A DNA stretch of 44,022 nt from Phycisphaerae bacterium (GCA_049965775.1 JBMFVX010000003.1:1-44022), one strand, 5' to 3'; positions 17,130 through 27,584 are shown, counted from the stretch's first letter. Notes: generated by a model not told the origin, from the letters alone. Numbers and translations: made by a program.

Positions 17130-17870
17130 GTGATACTTCTCAAAGCCATTAACCTGCAGAAAACCTATGGCCGCCGGACGGTGGTTCAGCATGTTTCGTT
17201 TGAGGTGGGGCAGCGCGAGGTTATTGGGCTGCTCGGTCGCAACGGCGCTGGCAAGACGACCACCTTTCGCATGGTGATCGGGATGGTTCGCCCCGATGAG
17301 GGGCAGGTGCTCTTTGACGGGGTGGACATAAGCCGGCTGCCGATGTACCAGCGAGCGCGGCGTGGTATGGGGTACTTGTCGCAGGAGCCATCCATCTTTA
17401 CCCGGCTGACGGTGGAACAAAACCTGCTGGCGATTTTAGAGACCACGCGGCGCACGCGAAGCGAGCGGCATGCCGAGGCGGCGCGGCTGATGGCTCAGTT
17501 CGATCTGACGAAAAACGCCGGGCAAAAGGCATATTCGCTTTCGGGCGGGGAGCGTCGCAAGCTTGAAATTGCGCGGTCGCTTATAACAAACCCATCGCTC
17601 ATTTTGCTGGACGAGCCGTTCAGTGGTGTAGACCCCATCGCCGTGGAAGACCTGCAGAAAGAGATACGCCAGTTGCGTGATGAATTGGGTAAAGCGATTC
17701 TGATAACCGATCATAATGTGCAGCGCACACTGGAGGTGTGTGATCGGGGCATTATTATTGATGCGGGCAAAGTGATGGCACAGGGCACGCCGCGCGAGCT
17801 TATCAATAATGAGCTTGTGCGCAAAACGTACCTGGGGCATACGTTCAAGGGCAATGAGTTTGACCGATAG
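17130..17870 (+). CDS. lptB: LPS export ABC transporter ATP-binding protein
   Basis: GRNGAGKTT, YQRARRGMGYLSQEPSIF, LSGGERR, LLDEPFSGVDP and ITDHNV motifs. Confidence 0.93.
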   Translation: MILLKAINLQKTYGRRTVVQHVSFEVGQREVIGLLGRNGAGKTTTFRMVIGMVRPDEGQVLFDGVDISRLPMYQRARRGMGYLSQEPSIFTRLTVEQNLLAILETTRRTRSERHAEAARLMAQFDLTKNAGQKAYSLSGGERRKLEIARSLITNPSLILLDEPFSGVDPIAVEDLQKEIRQLRDELGKAILITDHNVQRTLEVCDRGIIIDAGKVMAQGTPRELINNELVRKTYLGHTFKGNEFDR

Positions 17871-17970
17871 CGCCGGGCGGCCGCGGCGAGCCGGGTTGTC
17901 GCCCGCCGATTCGTGCCGGAACCGGGCACAGGGTATAATTCGGCAGACGTAATATCTGGTGGAGCACGCA

Positions 17971-18453
17971 ATGACCGGTGGCACGTTGAACAGTCACGAC
18001 ACGCATTTACCGCGCAGCACGGTGCTGGTGGTGGATGACAACCCGCAGAACGTGGAACTGATACAAGCCTATCTGGAAAGTCTGAATTGCATTACGGAAG
18101 TGGCCACCGACGGCGTGGATGCTCTTGAAAAAGTTCAGCAGGTGCGGCCCGACTTAATTGTGCTGGACGTTATGATGCCGCGGATGAGCGGCTTTGAAGT
18201 GTGCCGGCGGCTTAAAGCCAACGCGGAACTGCGGGACATACCCGTGCTGATGGTTACAGCGCTGAACGAATTGGGCGACATCGAACGCGGCGTGGAGAGT
18301 GGAACCGACGATTTTCTTTCCAAACCGATCAACAAGCTTGAACTCATTACGCGGGTGAAGAGCCTGCTCCGCGTGCGGCATCTCAAGAGCCAGTTGGAAA
18401 GGACGCTGGCATACCTCTCGGAGATGGAATCGGGCCGCACGAGCAACGAATAG
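17971..18453 (+). CDS. Response regulator (receiver domain plus short C-terminal helix)
   Basis: VLVVDD, LDVMMP, MVTA and SKP receiver motifs; no output domain. Confidence 0.9.
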   Translation: MTGGTLNSHDTHLPRSTVLVVDDNPQNVELIQAYLESLNCITEVATDGVDALEKVQQVRPDLIVLDVMMPRMSGFEVCRRLKANAELRDIPVLMVTALNELGDIERGVESGTDDFLSKPINKLELITRVKSLLRVRHLKSQLERTLAYLSEMESGRTSNE

Positions 18454-18885
18454 TTGCCCGCCAGGCGACACGGCGCGGCCTGCGGGCCGCGAGAGCAGGA
18501 GAACAGATGGGCAGTAGACTGGTAGAACAGGAGAGCTTTGGTCTCTTCGCTTGTGAAGTGCGGTTGCTGTGGTGCCGCGATGGGAAAATCGAGCACCAGA
18601 TGGTGCTCTTCTTGTAAAAAGGCAAGACGCTGCAGGTGGGCCACGCAGCGTTTTTGCGGTATGGGCGGTTTGACGCCTTAACGCGGCATCCGCTATAAAC
18701 GGCGTGCAGAGCCGATTGGCTAACAAACCTTCGCGTGCATGCAGGCATGCGGGTAATGGGCGATGCGGCCGCTGTCAGGCCGGCTGTGATATCGTCGAAG
18801 GGCGAAGCAGCATGGGCGGTGGTTGCGGCGGTATCAGCAGCGAGCGGCTGACGCCGGAGAAAAGGTCTCATCAGCGAGAAAAGGT

Positions 18886-20412
18886 ATGCTGCGTTTTTTG
18901 GTGTTTCGTGATGGCGAAGCGCCTGATGAATTAGATTTAAGCTCTGCTTACCTGGTGGGCGCTGACAGTGTGCCCATTCGCGGGGAGTTTACGTATGCTT
19001 CGGGTGAAATAACCTGCCGCAAGCGGGCGGCCGGACCCTCGGCGCTTTCACTGATGTGGGAAGTCAAGGGCTTTGGCAGCGTGATGCAGGAAACGACGCG
19101 ATTGCCGGAGCGTCCACATCCCTACATTTTAAATCTGGAACTGGCCCGCGGCCGCATGATGCGTCTTTTGCAGAAGCGAGAAGAATGGGGCTTTTTTGAC
19201 CTGCCCGAAGCACAAGCTATCAATGAAAAATTCAATGAAGCGCGCGATTGTCTGATTAACGCGCTCGAAAATCTTGAGACTCCTGCCGAGGCGGCTCGCC
19301 ATGCCGATCGGTGCCTGGCCATTGCGCTGCCGCTTTCTGAGCAGGCGGCGGTTGTGCATGCCGAGTTGCTGTTGCAAAGAAGAATAGCGACGCGCAGCTT
19401 TCCGCGCAATGTCTTTGGCTGCCTTACGGACGTACAACAGATAGGCGAGCCATACCGGCGCAAACTCGTGCTGGCCGGTGATTTTGTGGCGCTCCCGACG
19501 TGTTGGCGGCAGATAGAGCCCCAGGCGCAGAGCTTCGCCTGGGGCGTGAGCGATGAGTGGACGGAATTTTTGCGCCGGGCCAAGCTTCCGGTGGTTGCGG
19601 GCCCGCTGGTGCAGTTTTCGGAAGCCGCCGTTCCGGACTGGCTTTATATGTGGGAGCACGATTACGAGCAGGTTCGCGGCCTGTTATATGAGCATATAGA
19701 ACGTGTGGTAAGCCGCTACGGCCCGCAGGTGGTTCTGTGGAACGTGCTAAGCGGGCTGCACGTCAATGCGCAATTTTCGTTTACGTTTGACCAAATTATG
19801 AACCTTACTCGTATGGCGGTCGGTCTGGTTAAAAAGGTCATTCCCAGCGCTCAAACCATGATTGAAGTCACCCAGCCCTGGGGCGAATACTACGCGCGCA
19901 ATCAGCGAAGCATTCCACCGTTGTTGTATGCTGAAATGGCGGTACAGAGCGGCATTACCTTTGACATGCTGGGCCTGCAGTTGAGCTTTGGAGTGCCCAA
20001 GGATGGTTGCTGGCAGCGCGACTTATTTCAGATCAGCGCGCTGGTAGATCGCTTTGCCCCCTTTGGCAAGCCGCTGGTGATTACCAGGTTGGATGTGCCC
20101 AGCAAGCCGCTTGAAGGGCAACCCGGTGGAGGCGTATGGCGGCGTCCCTGGAACGACCAGCACCAGGCCAAATGGCTTGAGGCGGTGGTGAACATACTGT
20201 TAAGCAAGCCTTTTGTGGATGCTGTCTGTTGGAGCCGCCTTGCCGATGCCGAAGATGCGAGCGTGCCATCTGCAGGTCTGTTGGCACAGGATTTAACTCC
20301 CAAGCCTTCGTTTGAAACGTGGGTGAAAATGCGGCGGGCGGTGCTGTCTGTAAGGCAGAACGCGGCAAAACATGCCGAGGCGGCCAAAGCGGCCAAGCAA
20401 ACCAATGCCTGA
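18886..20412 (+). CDS. GH10-like TIM-barrel protein, probably non-catalytic
   Basis: W..IEP, GPLV....VPDWL, HIERVVSRYG...WNV, FDMLGLQ, GKPLVIT and GLL..DLTPKP motifs resemble GH10, but both catalytic Glu positions are altered. Confidence 0.75.
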   Translation: MLRFLVFRDGEAPDELDLSSAYLVGADSVPIRGEFTYASGEITCRKRAAGPSALSLMWEVKGFGSVMQETTRLPERPHPYILNLELARGRMMRLLQKREEWGFFDLPEAQAINEKFNEARDCLINALENLETPAEAARHADRCLAIALPLSEQAAVVHAELLLQRRIATRSFPRNVFGCLTDVQQIGEPYRRKLVLAGDFVALPTCWRQIEPQAQSFAWGVSDEWTEFLRRAKLPVVAGPLVQFSEAAVPDWLYMWEHDYEQVRGLLYEHIERVVSRYGPQVVLWNVLSGLHVNAQFSFTFDQIMNLTRMAVGLVKKVIPSAQTMIEVTQPWGEYYARNQRSIPPLLYAEMAVQSGITFDMLGLQLSFGVPKDGCWQRDLFQISALVDRFAPFGKPLVITRLDVPSKPLEGQPGGGVWRRPWNDQHQAKWLEAVVNILLSKPFVDAVCWSRLADAEDASVPSAGLLAQDLTPKPSFETWVKMRRAVLSVRQNAAKHAEAAKAAKQTNA

Positions 20413-20511
20413 TGTGCCAAGCTCGCTGCCACCGCAAAAGCCTCGGAGAGTTGACGATTGCCTGCCGCTGATAATCCAAATGTACCAACCACATCCCGCA
20501 GCACTGGGCCT

Positions 20512-20970
20512 ATGAATGCGGCTGCCGCGAAAGCAAATACGACCCAACCGCCGGATGCGTTATCGAAAGCCGAAGCATGGGGTTGGACGCGTGCACATCA
20601 GCTAAGTTTGGCGATTCTTTTGGCTGTGCTTCTGGTGCTGCTTGTGGTGCAGCAGCGACGGCAGAGTGCGTACTGGCATGGAACAGAACTGCGCATAGAG
20701 CATACGGCGCTGCCTGATTATCGCATTGATGTCAATACCGCCGATTTTGCATCGTTGACGCGATTGCCGGGCCTTGGCCCGGCGAAGGTGCGGCGATTGC
20801 TCGCGTATCGTACGGCATTTGAAAAAGCGCATCCGGGGCAGCCGGCTTTTGTGCGACTGGCCGACTTGCGCCGCATTCGTGGTTTTGGCAAAGATACGCT
20901 TGATAAAATCAGCCCGTTTTTACGCTTTGCCGCAGCGGCAACTCGTCCTGCCGTCAACACGCGCCGGTAG
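20512..20970 (+). CDS. ComEA-like helix-hairpin-helix DNA-binding membrane protein
   Basis: TM helix, then IDVNTA...LPGLGP and LRRIRGFG motifs. Confidence 0.85.
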   Translation: MNAAAAKANTTQPPDALSKAEAWGWTRAHQLSLAILLAVLLVLLVVQQRRQSAYWHGTELRIEHTALPDYRIDVNTADFASLTRLPGLGPAKVRRLLAYRTAFEKAHPGQPAFVRLADLRRIRGFGKDTLDKISPFLRFAAAATRPAVNTRR

Positions 20971-20991
20971 GCATAACCGGGCACTTGGCCT

Positions 20992-22035
20992 TTACGGCGC
21001 TTTGACCGCTTTGAGCAGTTCTGGTGTGAGTTGCGCGGCGGCCATCGCGGGAGAGCCGGTTATGCGGCAACCTGCCGCGCGGGCATGTCCGCCGCCGCCA
21101 AAATGGGCGCAAATGGCGCTTACATCTACCCTGGTTTTACTGCGCAGATTAACGCGCGTGCGGCCGTCGTCGGTTTCGGAAAGCAGCGCCACAACTTCGA
21201 CGGTGCCGACACTCATGGGCCAATCCACCAGACCATCGGTTTGCCACGACTCCGCGCTGGCCTGAATAAAATCACTTTTAGAAAGGGTCATGACGGCAAT
21301 TTGCTGTTGTCCCAAATATTGCAGGCTTGCCAGAGCTGCAGCCATAAGCCGCAGCTTGGCCGGAGATTCCTGCTGCGCCAGCTGCCGATACATGGCGGCC
21401 GGCTCTACGCCTGTGGCCAGGAGTTGCCTGGCCAATGCGTGCGTGCGCGGTGTTACGCTGTCAAATCGAAACCAGCCGGTGTCGCCAACGAGGCCGGCAT
21501 AGAGCGGCTCAGCGATGGCATGAGACAAGGGGACGTTGAGCGGTGTGAGCAAATCGGCGATGAGTTCCACGCATGCTGCCGCAGAGGTATCGCAGGCCAT
21601 TACCGAAGCGATGTTGTCGCCTGTGCGGTGATGGTCAATGACCAGTGTGGTCGCCCGCCGCTGCAAAATATAGTCGCGGGCACCCTCGAGTTGCGAAACC
21701 GAATGCGTATCCACAAGAAGTATGCCGTCGAAATTTGGCAGAGCCGGCGCCTTGCCGGCGGCCGCAACACCAAGGCTGATACGGGAGATCGGCTCGGCGC
21801 CGGCATACAAAAACTCGAGGGTGGGCGGCACCGGCGTGATATCTATAAGCGTGGGCCTGATACCCAGTGAATGCAGAGCCCGGGCGCAGGCAAGCTGCGA
21901 ACCAATTGCGTCAGGATCGGGCCTAGCATGGGTAAATATGCCAACCGTCGAACAATCTTGCAGACGCTGCGCAATGGCCACAAGGTCGGCCTGTACTTTT
22001 TCTTCTTCAGCAAGGGTGGTGGCGTGGAGGGTCAC
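20992..22035 (-). CDS. nrnA: DHH/DHHA1 oligoribonuclease / pAp phosphatase (NrnA family)
   Basis: HARPDPDAIGS, IDHH, GDTGWF and GGGGHARAAG motifs. Confidence 0.88.
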   Translation of the reverse strand: MTLHATTLAEEEKVQADLVAIAQRLQDCSTVGIFTHARPDPDAIGSQLACARALHSLGIRPTLIDITPVPPTLEFLYAGAEPISRISLGVAAAGKAPALPNFDGILLVDTHSVSQLEGARDYILQRRATTLVIDHHRTGDNIASVMACDTSAAACVELIADLLTPLNVPLSHAIAEPLYAGLVGDTGWFRFDSVTPRTHALARQLLATGVEPAAMYRQLAQQESPAKLRLMAAALASLQYLGQQQIAVMTLSKSDFIQASAESWQTDGLVDWPMSVGTVEVVALLSETDDGRTRVNLRSKTRVDVSAICAHFGGGGHARAAGCRITGSPAMAAAQLTPELLKAVKAP

Positions 22036-23054
22036 GATGCATGCTCCTTTGCAATTGCACCGGCGGGTGCCGGCTTAGGTGGTATGGGGCCATGATGATC
22101 GGCTGCGGTTGGCAGCGGCTGGCTTTGCACGGCCTGCCGCACCCGGGCGACGTCAAACTCGATTTGTCGCTTAAGCGCTTCCACCGAGGCAAACTTCTGC
22201 TGGTCGCGCAGCCAGCGAAAAAATTGCAGATCAATTTCATGGCCGTAAATATCGCCCGAAAAATCGAGCAGATGAGCCTCAAGAGTACTTGACGCACCGT
22301 CAAATGTGGGGTTGTTGCCAATGCTTATGGCTGCAGGGTAGTGCTTCGCGCCTACCCTGCCCCAGCCGCTGTAGACGCCGGCCGCCGGAATGGCCTGTTG
22401 CGTATGAATGTTGGCTGTGGGCCAGCCAATAGTACGACCGCGGGCAGCGCCATGCTCCACGCGTCCGCGAATAGCGTAGGGTCGTCCAAGGGTGATGGCC
22501 GCATCGCGCACTCTACCTTGGGCAATAAGCCAGCGAATAAGCGAACTGCTCACGTCCACCAGTGTTAAATCGCTAAGGGCTGCGGCCGCGGTAGCGACAA
22601 TGGTGGGCTGAAAAAGAAACTCCTGCCCGCGTTCAATAAGCGTTTGCACGGTGCCCTGCGCCCGGTGACCGAATGTAAAATTAGGCCCTTCCACCATCCA
22701 ACGGGCGGCGAAGGTGTCGCGTACGATATGACGCAAGAAGTTATCCGCCGACATGCTTAAAAACGCGGCGTTTGCCTGTTGCACCACAAGTACATCCGGA
22801 GAAAAGCCGGTCAACAGGTCCAGTCGCTGCGACAGCGTAAGCAGCGGGGCGCGTTTAATTTCGGGTTTGATAACGGCAAGCGGGTGCGGGTCGAATGTTA
22901 AAATAACCAGCGGACAGCCTTCGCGCCGGGCTATGGCCGCCGCAGCAGAGAGCATCTGCTGGTGTCCGAGATGTACTCCATCAAAATTGCCAACCGAGAG
23001 CACGCCTCCGCGAGCCGCCGATGGAAACTCCATAATGTCGCCAATAACCTTCAT
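22032..23054 (-). CDS. ribF: Bifunctional riboflavin kinase / FAD synthetase
   Basis: GNFDGVHLGH, TFDPHP, VSSSLIR, GRTIGWPTAN, NPTF and EAHLLDF motifs. Confidence 0.95.
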   Translation of the reverse strand: MKVIGDIMEFPSAARGGVLSVGNFDGVHLGHQQMLSAAAAIARREGCPLVILTFDPHPLAVIKPEIKRAPLLTLSQRLDLLTGFSPDVLVVQQANAAFLSMSADNFLRHIVRDTFAARWMVEGPNFTFGHRAQGTVQTLIERGQEFLFQPTIVATAAAALSDLTLVDVSSSLIRWLIAQGRVRDAAITLGRPYAIRGRVEHGAARGRTIGWPTANIHTQQAIPAAGVYSGWGRVGAKHYPAAISIGNNPTFDGASSTLEAHLLDFSGDIYGHEIDLQFFRWLRDQQKFASVEALKRQIEFDVARVRQAVQSQPLPTAADHHGPIPPKPAPAGAIAKEHAS

Positions 23055-23273
23055 CCAGCGAAGTATAAGAGAGGTGTGCATAAGGCAACAACCGTAAGGT
23101 ATGTCAGAAAAGCGGCTGCGCCACCGCTTGCCTCATGCGTCAGCGCGGTTCGGCGCCGGTGCGAGGGCGAAGTGATTTGGCTCATGCATGGTAGAGGTAA
23201 GTTTAGAAGCCGCCACTTCGCAGATGCCGTGTCAGCAGCCCAACATCGCGGCCATAGCTTCTCACCCGCTTTG

Positions 23274-25061
23274 TTACGCCAGTACCGGCTGCTGTTGGCG
23301 GCGTGGTTGTTTGGCCAGTGCCCTGGCTATGCCGGGTAGAACATAGTGACGGGCTACGGCATCCCAGCTCATTTTTTCTGCCAGGGCGTACCCACGCTGC
23401 AAAAACTCGTCAATTTGCCTGTCGGTGGTGGGCAGGCGGCGATGAATTTCATCGGCGAGCCGCGCCGCAGTGGCGGTTTCGATGGTATCGCGCGTTTCGC
23501 GTGTAATTGCCAGGCAGTCTTCAATGCGGGCGATTTTAAGCTCCGGAGCCACGGTGTAGTCGGCTTCAATGACGTTGGGGGTTGGGCTGTTGCCCGCGGC
23601 ATGACGCGCAAAACCGGCGCAGCCGCAGAGCGAAGTGAACAGACATATACCGCCAAAAGAAATCGGCTCCACCTGCGCAATGCCAAAGGGTTCGTAAATA
23701 GATTGCCCAAATTCCAGATCAGAACCCTGGCGAATGTCCATAAAGTCCATGTCGGCGGGCATGCGCTGACCGCAGGTTTGGCGCGTGAAGCCAAATTGGT
23801 TGATGTAGATAACCTTGGCGGCGCAGCTTCGGGCGTTAAACTCCTGCACGCCGGCGTAAAATGCCGCCTCGCCGCCGGTAAGGTCGGGGTAGCCTTCGCG
23901 GTGTGCGACGGGCCATCGGTAATCTTTTTCCATGTTCAGGACGTCGTCGCTCCGGCGAGCCGAGGTTTCGGTGGAAAGCACCAGCAGCACGGCGCGCTTA
24001 TTCTCGCGGGCCAGGCGGGTTTCGAGTTGCTCCATCACGCGGATGTCACGCCACAAACCTTTGGAAAGCACCATGCGGGTCACATGTGTGAATACATAGT
24101 CCGGCTCAAAGCCCAGCAACTTGCCTATATAACGTTGCAAACGCCTGCGCGAGGCCAGCTTGTCGGCAAGGCTGATTTTAAATGCCGGCACGCCGTTGTA
24201 GGCGAGATCAATGTTGCGCGACTCAAATGCCTGATTAAGAAAGCGAAACTCCCGCACAATGTAATCGCCCACGGCAAAGATGTTATCGCAGTGGCGGGCG
24301 GCATCCACCAGAGGATATTTGTAGAAATGATCCTGTGGGCCGAAAACATCGTTGACGTCGAGCTTCTGCCGGTGGGCGAGTTCCAGCGCGTTGTAAAACG
24401 TGATGTCGTGTCCGGCGTGCGCTTCAACGATGCGGCGCATGGGGGCCACCTCGTGCGCATAAAAGACGGTACGAAAGCGTTCAGGGTTGTTGAGCATGGC
24501 GGCCAGAGCGGTAGGCATGCCCATGTACTCATGCGATAGAATCACCGCCGGATCAGGCCCGTCGGGGCAGCCGATGGCGTGCAGAGCTTCGAGGGCAGGC
24601 TCGGCGATGCGGCAGTATTGTTCATAATCCCAAATATACTCATACTTGCTGGATTCGATGCCGAACTCTTGAAAAAGCCGAAATTTAAACAGGTTGATTC
24701 GCTGCTGATCGTAGTGGTTTACATTAAATAGCAGCACCTCCGGATAAGCCCGGATACCGGTGACCGAATCAAAAAACGCCTTGCGGCCATAAACGATATT
24801 GACGTGATATTTGCGCTCAATTTCAGCAAATGCGCCGCCAAACGGGTGGCGGACGATGCCGTCAATGGAACTGTACAGCACCTCGCCGTCAGACCCGAGT
24901 CGCGCGTTGCCCGGCCCATCGGTTGAAAACAGCGGGCCAACCAATATGTCGCGATCTATATCTTCGGAATATGCTTTGGACGTTAACAGACCGTGAAGTA
25001 CCGCACCGATACCGCCGATTTTTTGGACAGCCTCGTGCGTGACATGAACTACAGATTTCAT
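23274..25061 (-). CDS. GT-B glycosyltransferase, glycogen-synthase-like
   Basis: N-terminal HEAVQKIGGIGAV (KxGG), SHEYM, YNGV, R...SKG and SIYEPFGIAQVE motifs. Confidence 0.7.
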   Translation of the reverse strand: MKSVVHVTHEAVQKIGGIGAVLHGLLTSKAYSEDIDRDILVGPLFSTDGPGNARLGSDGEVLYSSIDGIVRHPFGGAFAEIERKYHVNIVYGRKAFFDSVTGIRAYPEVLLFNVNHYDQQRINLFKFRLFQEFGIESSKYEYIWDYEQYCRIAEPALEALHAIGCPDGPDPAVILSHEYMGMPTALAAMLNNPERFRTVFYAHEVAPMRRIVEAHAGHDITFYNALELAHRQKLDVNDVFGPQDHFYKYPLVDAARHCDNIFAVGDYIVREFRFLNQAFESRNIDLAYNGVPAFKISLADKLASRRRLQRYIGKLLGFEPDYVFTHVTRMVLSKGLWRDIRVMEQLETRLARENKRAVLLVLSTETSARRSDDVLNMEKDYRWPVAHREGYPDLTGGEAAFYAGVQEFNARSCAAKVIYINQFGFTRQTCGQRMPADMDFMDIRQGSDLEFGQSIYEPFGIAQVEPISFGGICLFTSLCGCAGFARHAAGNSPTPNVIEADYTVAPELKIARIEDCLAITRETRDTIETATAARLADEIHRRLPTTDRQIDEFLQRGYALAEKMSWDAVARHYVLPGIARALAKQPRRQQQPVLA

Positions 25062-25388
25062 CAATTAACTTCCTGTTATGGGTGACTCGAACGCCGGCCT
25101 AAACAAAAACGCCGTGACGCAATGCCTACAATCGGCAATTTATCTTATCGGGCTATAGGCTTACATGGGGCGATTTTGGCAAAGCCGCCGCAGCAAGGCA
25201 AAATCGCCTCATTCAATGCCCGCGTTGCGGAATTTAGCGCCATGTGGAGGGCTTAGAGAGTTTCAAGCCTAAGCTCGCCGCGTATAGAATAGCACCTGGC
25301 GAGTGAAAAGGCACTCGTGGCAACCCTTGGGGGCAAGAGTTGGGGTGCGGCGGAAAGCCTGCCCGATAACCCGGCAAACGAGTGCACA

Positions 25389-26318
25389 ATGGATGATCAA
25401 ACAGCCTATGCCCTGAACGCTCTGGTGCAGCGTCATTACAACGTTGGCCGCATTGTGCGATTCAGACCGGTGCAGCGCGGGCGCCAGTGTGAGTCGTATG
25501 AACTTCTGACGGCAGGGGGCCAGGAGTATACGCTTCAGGTGTACCTGCCGGAGTTCACGCAGGAGCTACTAGACCGAACCGCGGCGGTGCTGGAGCTTAT
25601 GTCGCAGAATGCGTTTCCGGTGGGGTGCCCGGTGGGCCTGAAGCAGCAGGACGGCTTAATTGCGTGTGCGGGTCCGCAGAACCGCCTTATGCTGCTGCTG
25701 GACATGTTGCATGGCCAAAGTCTGCCGGTGGAACAATGGAGTGAACAGGATTTGTCGCAATTGGGCGTGCGCCTTGCGTGGATGCACCGGGCTTTGGCCC
25801 ATTTGCCATTTCCGCCGATCAGTCGTTTCAGCGGCAATATGCTGCGTGTGGCGGCGGCGGGTCACGAATTGCGTGCCGCTCGCATTGCCGCAGCCGTTGG
25901 AACTGAAACATTTGAGAAATTGGCTGCAATAAAGCCACCTGGTGAACCGGTGCCGGGGCATGGCGCGTTCGATCCGGCGGCAATCATGCTCGATGGTGAC
26001 CGACTTATCACCGCCATAACCGACTGGGGCTCCGTGGGTATGGGTACGTCAGAAAGCGACATTGTTGATGCGTTGGTTATGTGGTGCGTGCAGGCGGATG
26101 GCACGGGTATATATCCCCGTGCCAAGGCATTTTGTGAAGCCTATTTTTCGCTCGCCGACGGCAAAGCGTTTGATTGGGGCGATGCGGTGCGGCAATGGTG
26201 CGTGCACCGCGGAGCCGAGGCGGTTGCGGGCCGCCGTCCGCTGCCGCGCGGGTTTGCGGATATAGCGCGCGATCCGCAAGCTCTTGCCGATATGCTGGCC
26301 GGCGTTCATCTGGATTAA
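25389..26318 (+). CDS. APH/homoserine-kinase-II-like phosphotransferase fold protein (degenerate active site)
   Basis: LGVRLAWMH, GHGAFDPAAIML and ITDWG align with HGDxxxxN/DFG, but Asp and Asn are missing. Confidence 0.65.
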   Translation: MDDQTAYALNALVQRHYNVGRIVRFRPVQRGRQCESYELLTAGGQEYTLQVYLPEFTQELLDRTAAVLELMSQNAFPVGCPVGLKQQDGLIACAGPQNRLMLLLDMLHGQSLPVEQWSEQDLSQLGVRLAWMHRALAHLPFPPISRFSGNMLRVAAAGHELRAARIAAAVGTETFEKLAAIKPPGEPVPGHGAFDPAAIMLDGDRLITAITDWGSVGMGTSESDIVDALVMWCVQADGTGIYPRAKAFCEAYFSLADGKAFDWGDAVRQWCVHRGAEAVAGRRPLPRGFADIARDPQALADMLAGVHLD

Positions 26319-26437
26319 CCCGCCCGGGGAATCGGCGCATGTTGGCCGGGTAGACGCTGCAGCCTTGCGCCGCTGGGCGGTGCGTTTGACACTGTAAGCT
26401 AATAGCGGCCGGGGTTATACTTTGCCGCAACAGGAGC

Positions 26438-27505
26438 ATGATGACCATTATGGCCCAACAACTTCAGGATAATGCCGTTACCCAAGCCCGCCGCGATGCT
26501 GCGCGACCCGAGGCGTACTATTCGCTCGTGGTGCCGATGTACAACGAGCAAGATTCGGTTCAGGAACTCTACGAGGGATTAAAGCGCAACGGCGACAAGC
26601 TGGGCAAGGCTTATGAAATTATTTTTGTGGATGATGGCAGCAAAGATCAAACCTACAACAAACTTGCCGCGATAGCCGACGCCGATGCCCGCGTTGTGCT
26701 TGTGAAACTGCGGCGTAATTTCGGCCAAACGCCGGCATTGGCGGCGGGTTTTGACTATGCCGGCGGCGAGGTCATTATTGCCATGGATGGCGATTTACAA
26801 CATGACCCGGATGAAATACCAAAATTTGTCGCCAAAATCGCCGAAGGCTACGATGTGGTTTCAGGCTGGCGCGAGCGGCGGGTGGATGGCTTTTTCCTGC
26901 GGCGTTTGCCCAGCGCAGCGGCCAACAAGCTAATTCGCAAAATTTCGGGCGTGGAAATTCACGACTTCGGCACGACGTTCAAGGCTTACCGCCGCGAGGT
27001 GATCGAGCATATCAATCTTTACGGCGATTCGCATCGGTTTATTCCGGCGCTGGCGGCCATGGCCGGGGCCACCATTACCGAGGTGCCTATTCGCAACATC
27101 AATGCGCCGTATCGGCCGAGCAATTATGGTATTGGCCGCACCTTTCGCGTGCTGCTGGACCTTTTGACCATTAAGTTTCTGAACAGTTACCTTACCCGGC
27201 CGCTGCATCTGTTCGGCAAGGTGGGGCTGGCTTCGATGGCGCTGTCGTTTCTGATTGGGGTGTTTTTGCTGGCGGAAAAAATCGCCGGCTACAGCATTCT
27301 CGCAGCGCACGGGCCGCTGCTTATTTTGGGGGCGCTGCTGTTTTTAATGTCGCTTATGTTTTTTTCAACCGGACTGTTGGCGGAGCTTATAGCCCGCGTT
27401 TACTTTGAAGCCCAAGGCAAACGGGTTTATACCGTTCGTGAAGTTCGTATGGCTGGGCGCACCCTCACGCCCGCTCGCCTGCGGCAGATACCGCCGCTGG
27501 CGTAG
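26438..27505 (+). CDS. GT2 polyprenol-phosphate glycosyltransferase (ArnC/GtrB-like)
   Basis: VVPMYNE, VDDGSKD, RNFGQ and MDGDLQHDP motifs; two C-terminal TM helices. Confidence 0.92.
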   Translation: MMTIMAQQLQDNAVTQARRDAARPEAYYSLVVPMYNEQDSVQELYEGLKRNGDKLGKAYEIIFVDDGSKDQTYNKLAAIADADARVVLVKLRRNFGQTPALAAGFDYAGGEVIIAMDGDLQHDPDEIPKFVAKIAEGYDVVSGWRERRVDGFFLRRLPSAAANKLIRKISGVEIHDFGTTFKAYRREVIEHINLYGDSHRFIPALAAMAGATITEVPIRNINAPYRPSNYGIGRTFRVLLDLLTIKFLNSYLTRPLHLFGKVGLASMALSFLIGVFLLAEKIAGYSILAAHGPLLILGALLFLMSLMFFSTGLLAELIARVYFEAQGKRVYTVREVRMAGRTLTPARLRQIPPLA

Positions 27506-27584
27506 CGTCGAATCGCCGCGTGAGTATTTTATGCGACGTGTCGGCCTAGCGCCGTCGCGACAAAATCATGGAGATATAGCCCTG

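Noticed and set aside
18454-18885. 430-bp intergenic region as a possible ncRNA
   Set aside because: Only short hairpins (e.g. GAGCACCA-GA-TGGTGCTC); no recognisable RNA family motifs.
23346-24539. 397-aa plus-strand ORF, and similar long ORFs such as 21031..21870, 4558..5304 and 2987..3574
   Set aside because: They lie antisense to well-supported genes in GC-rich DNA and have no motifs.
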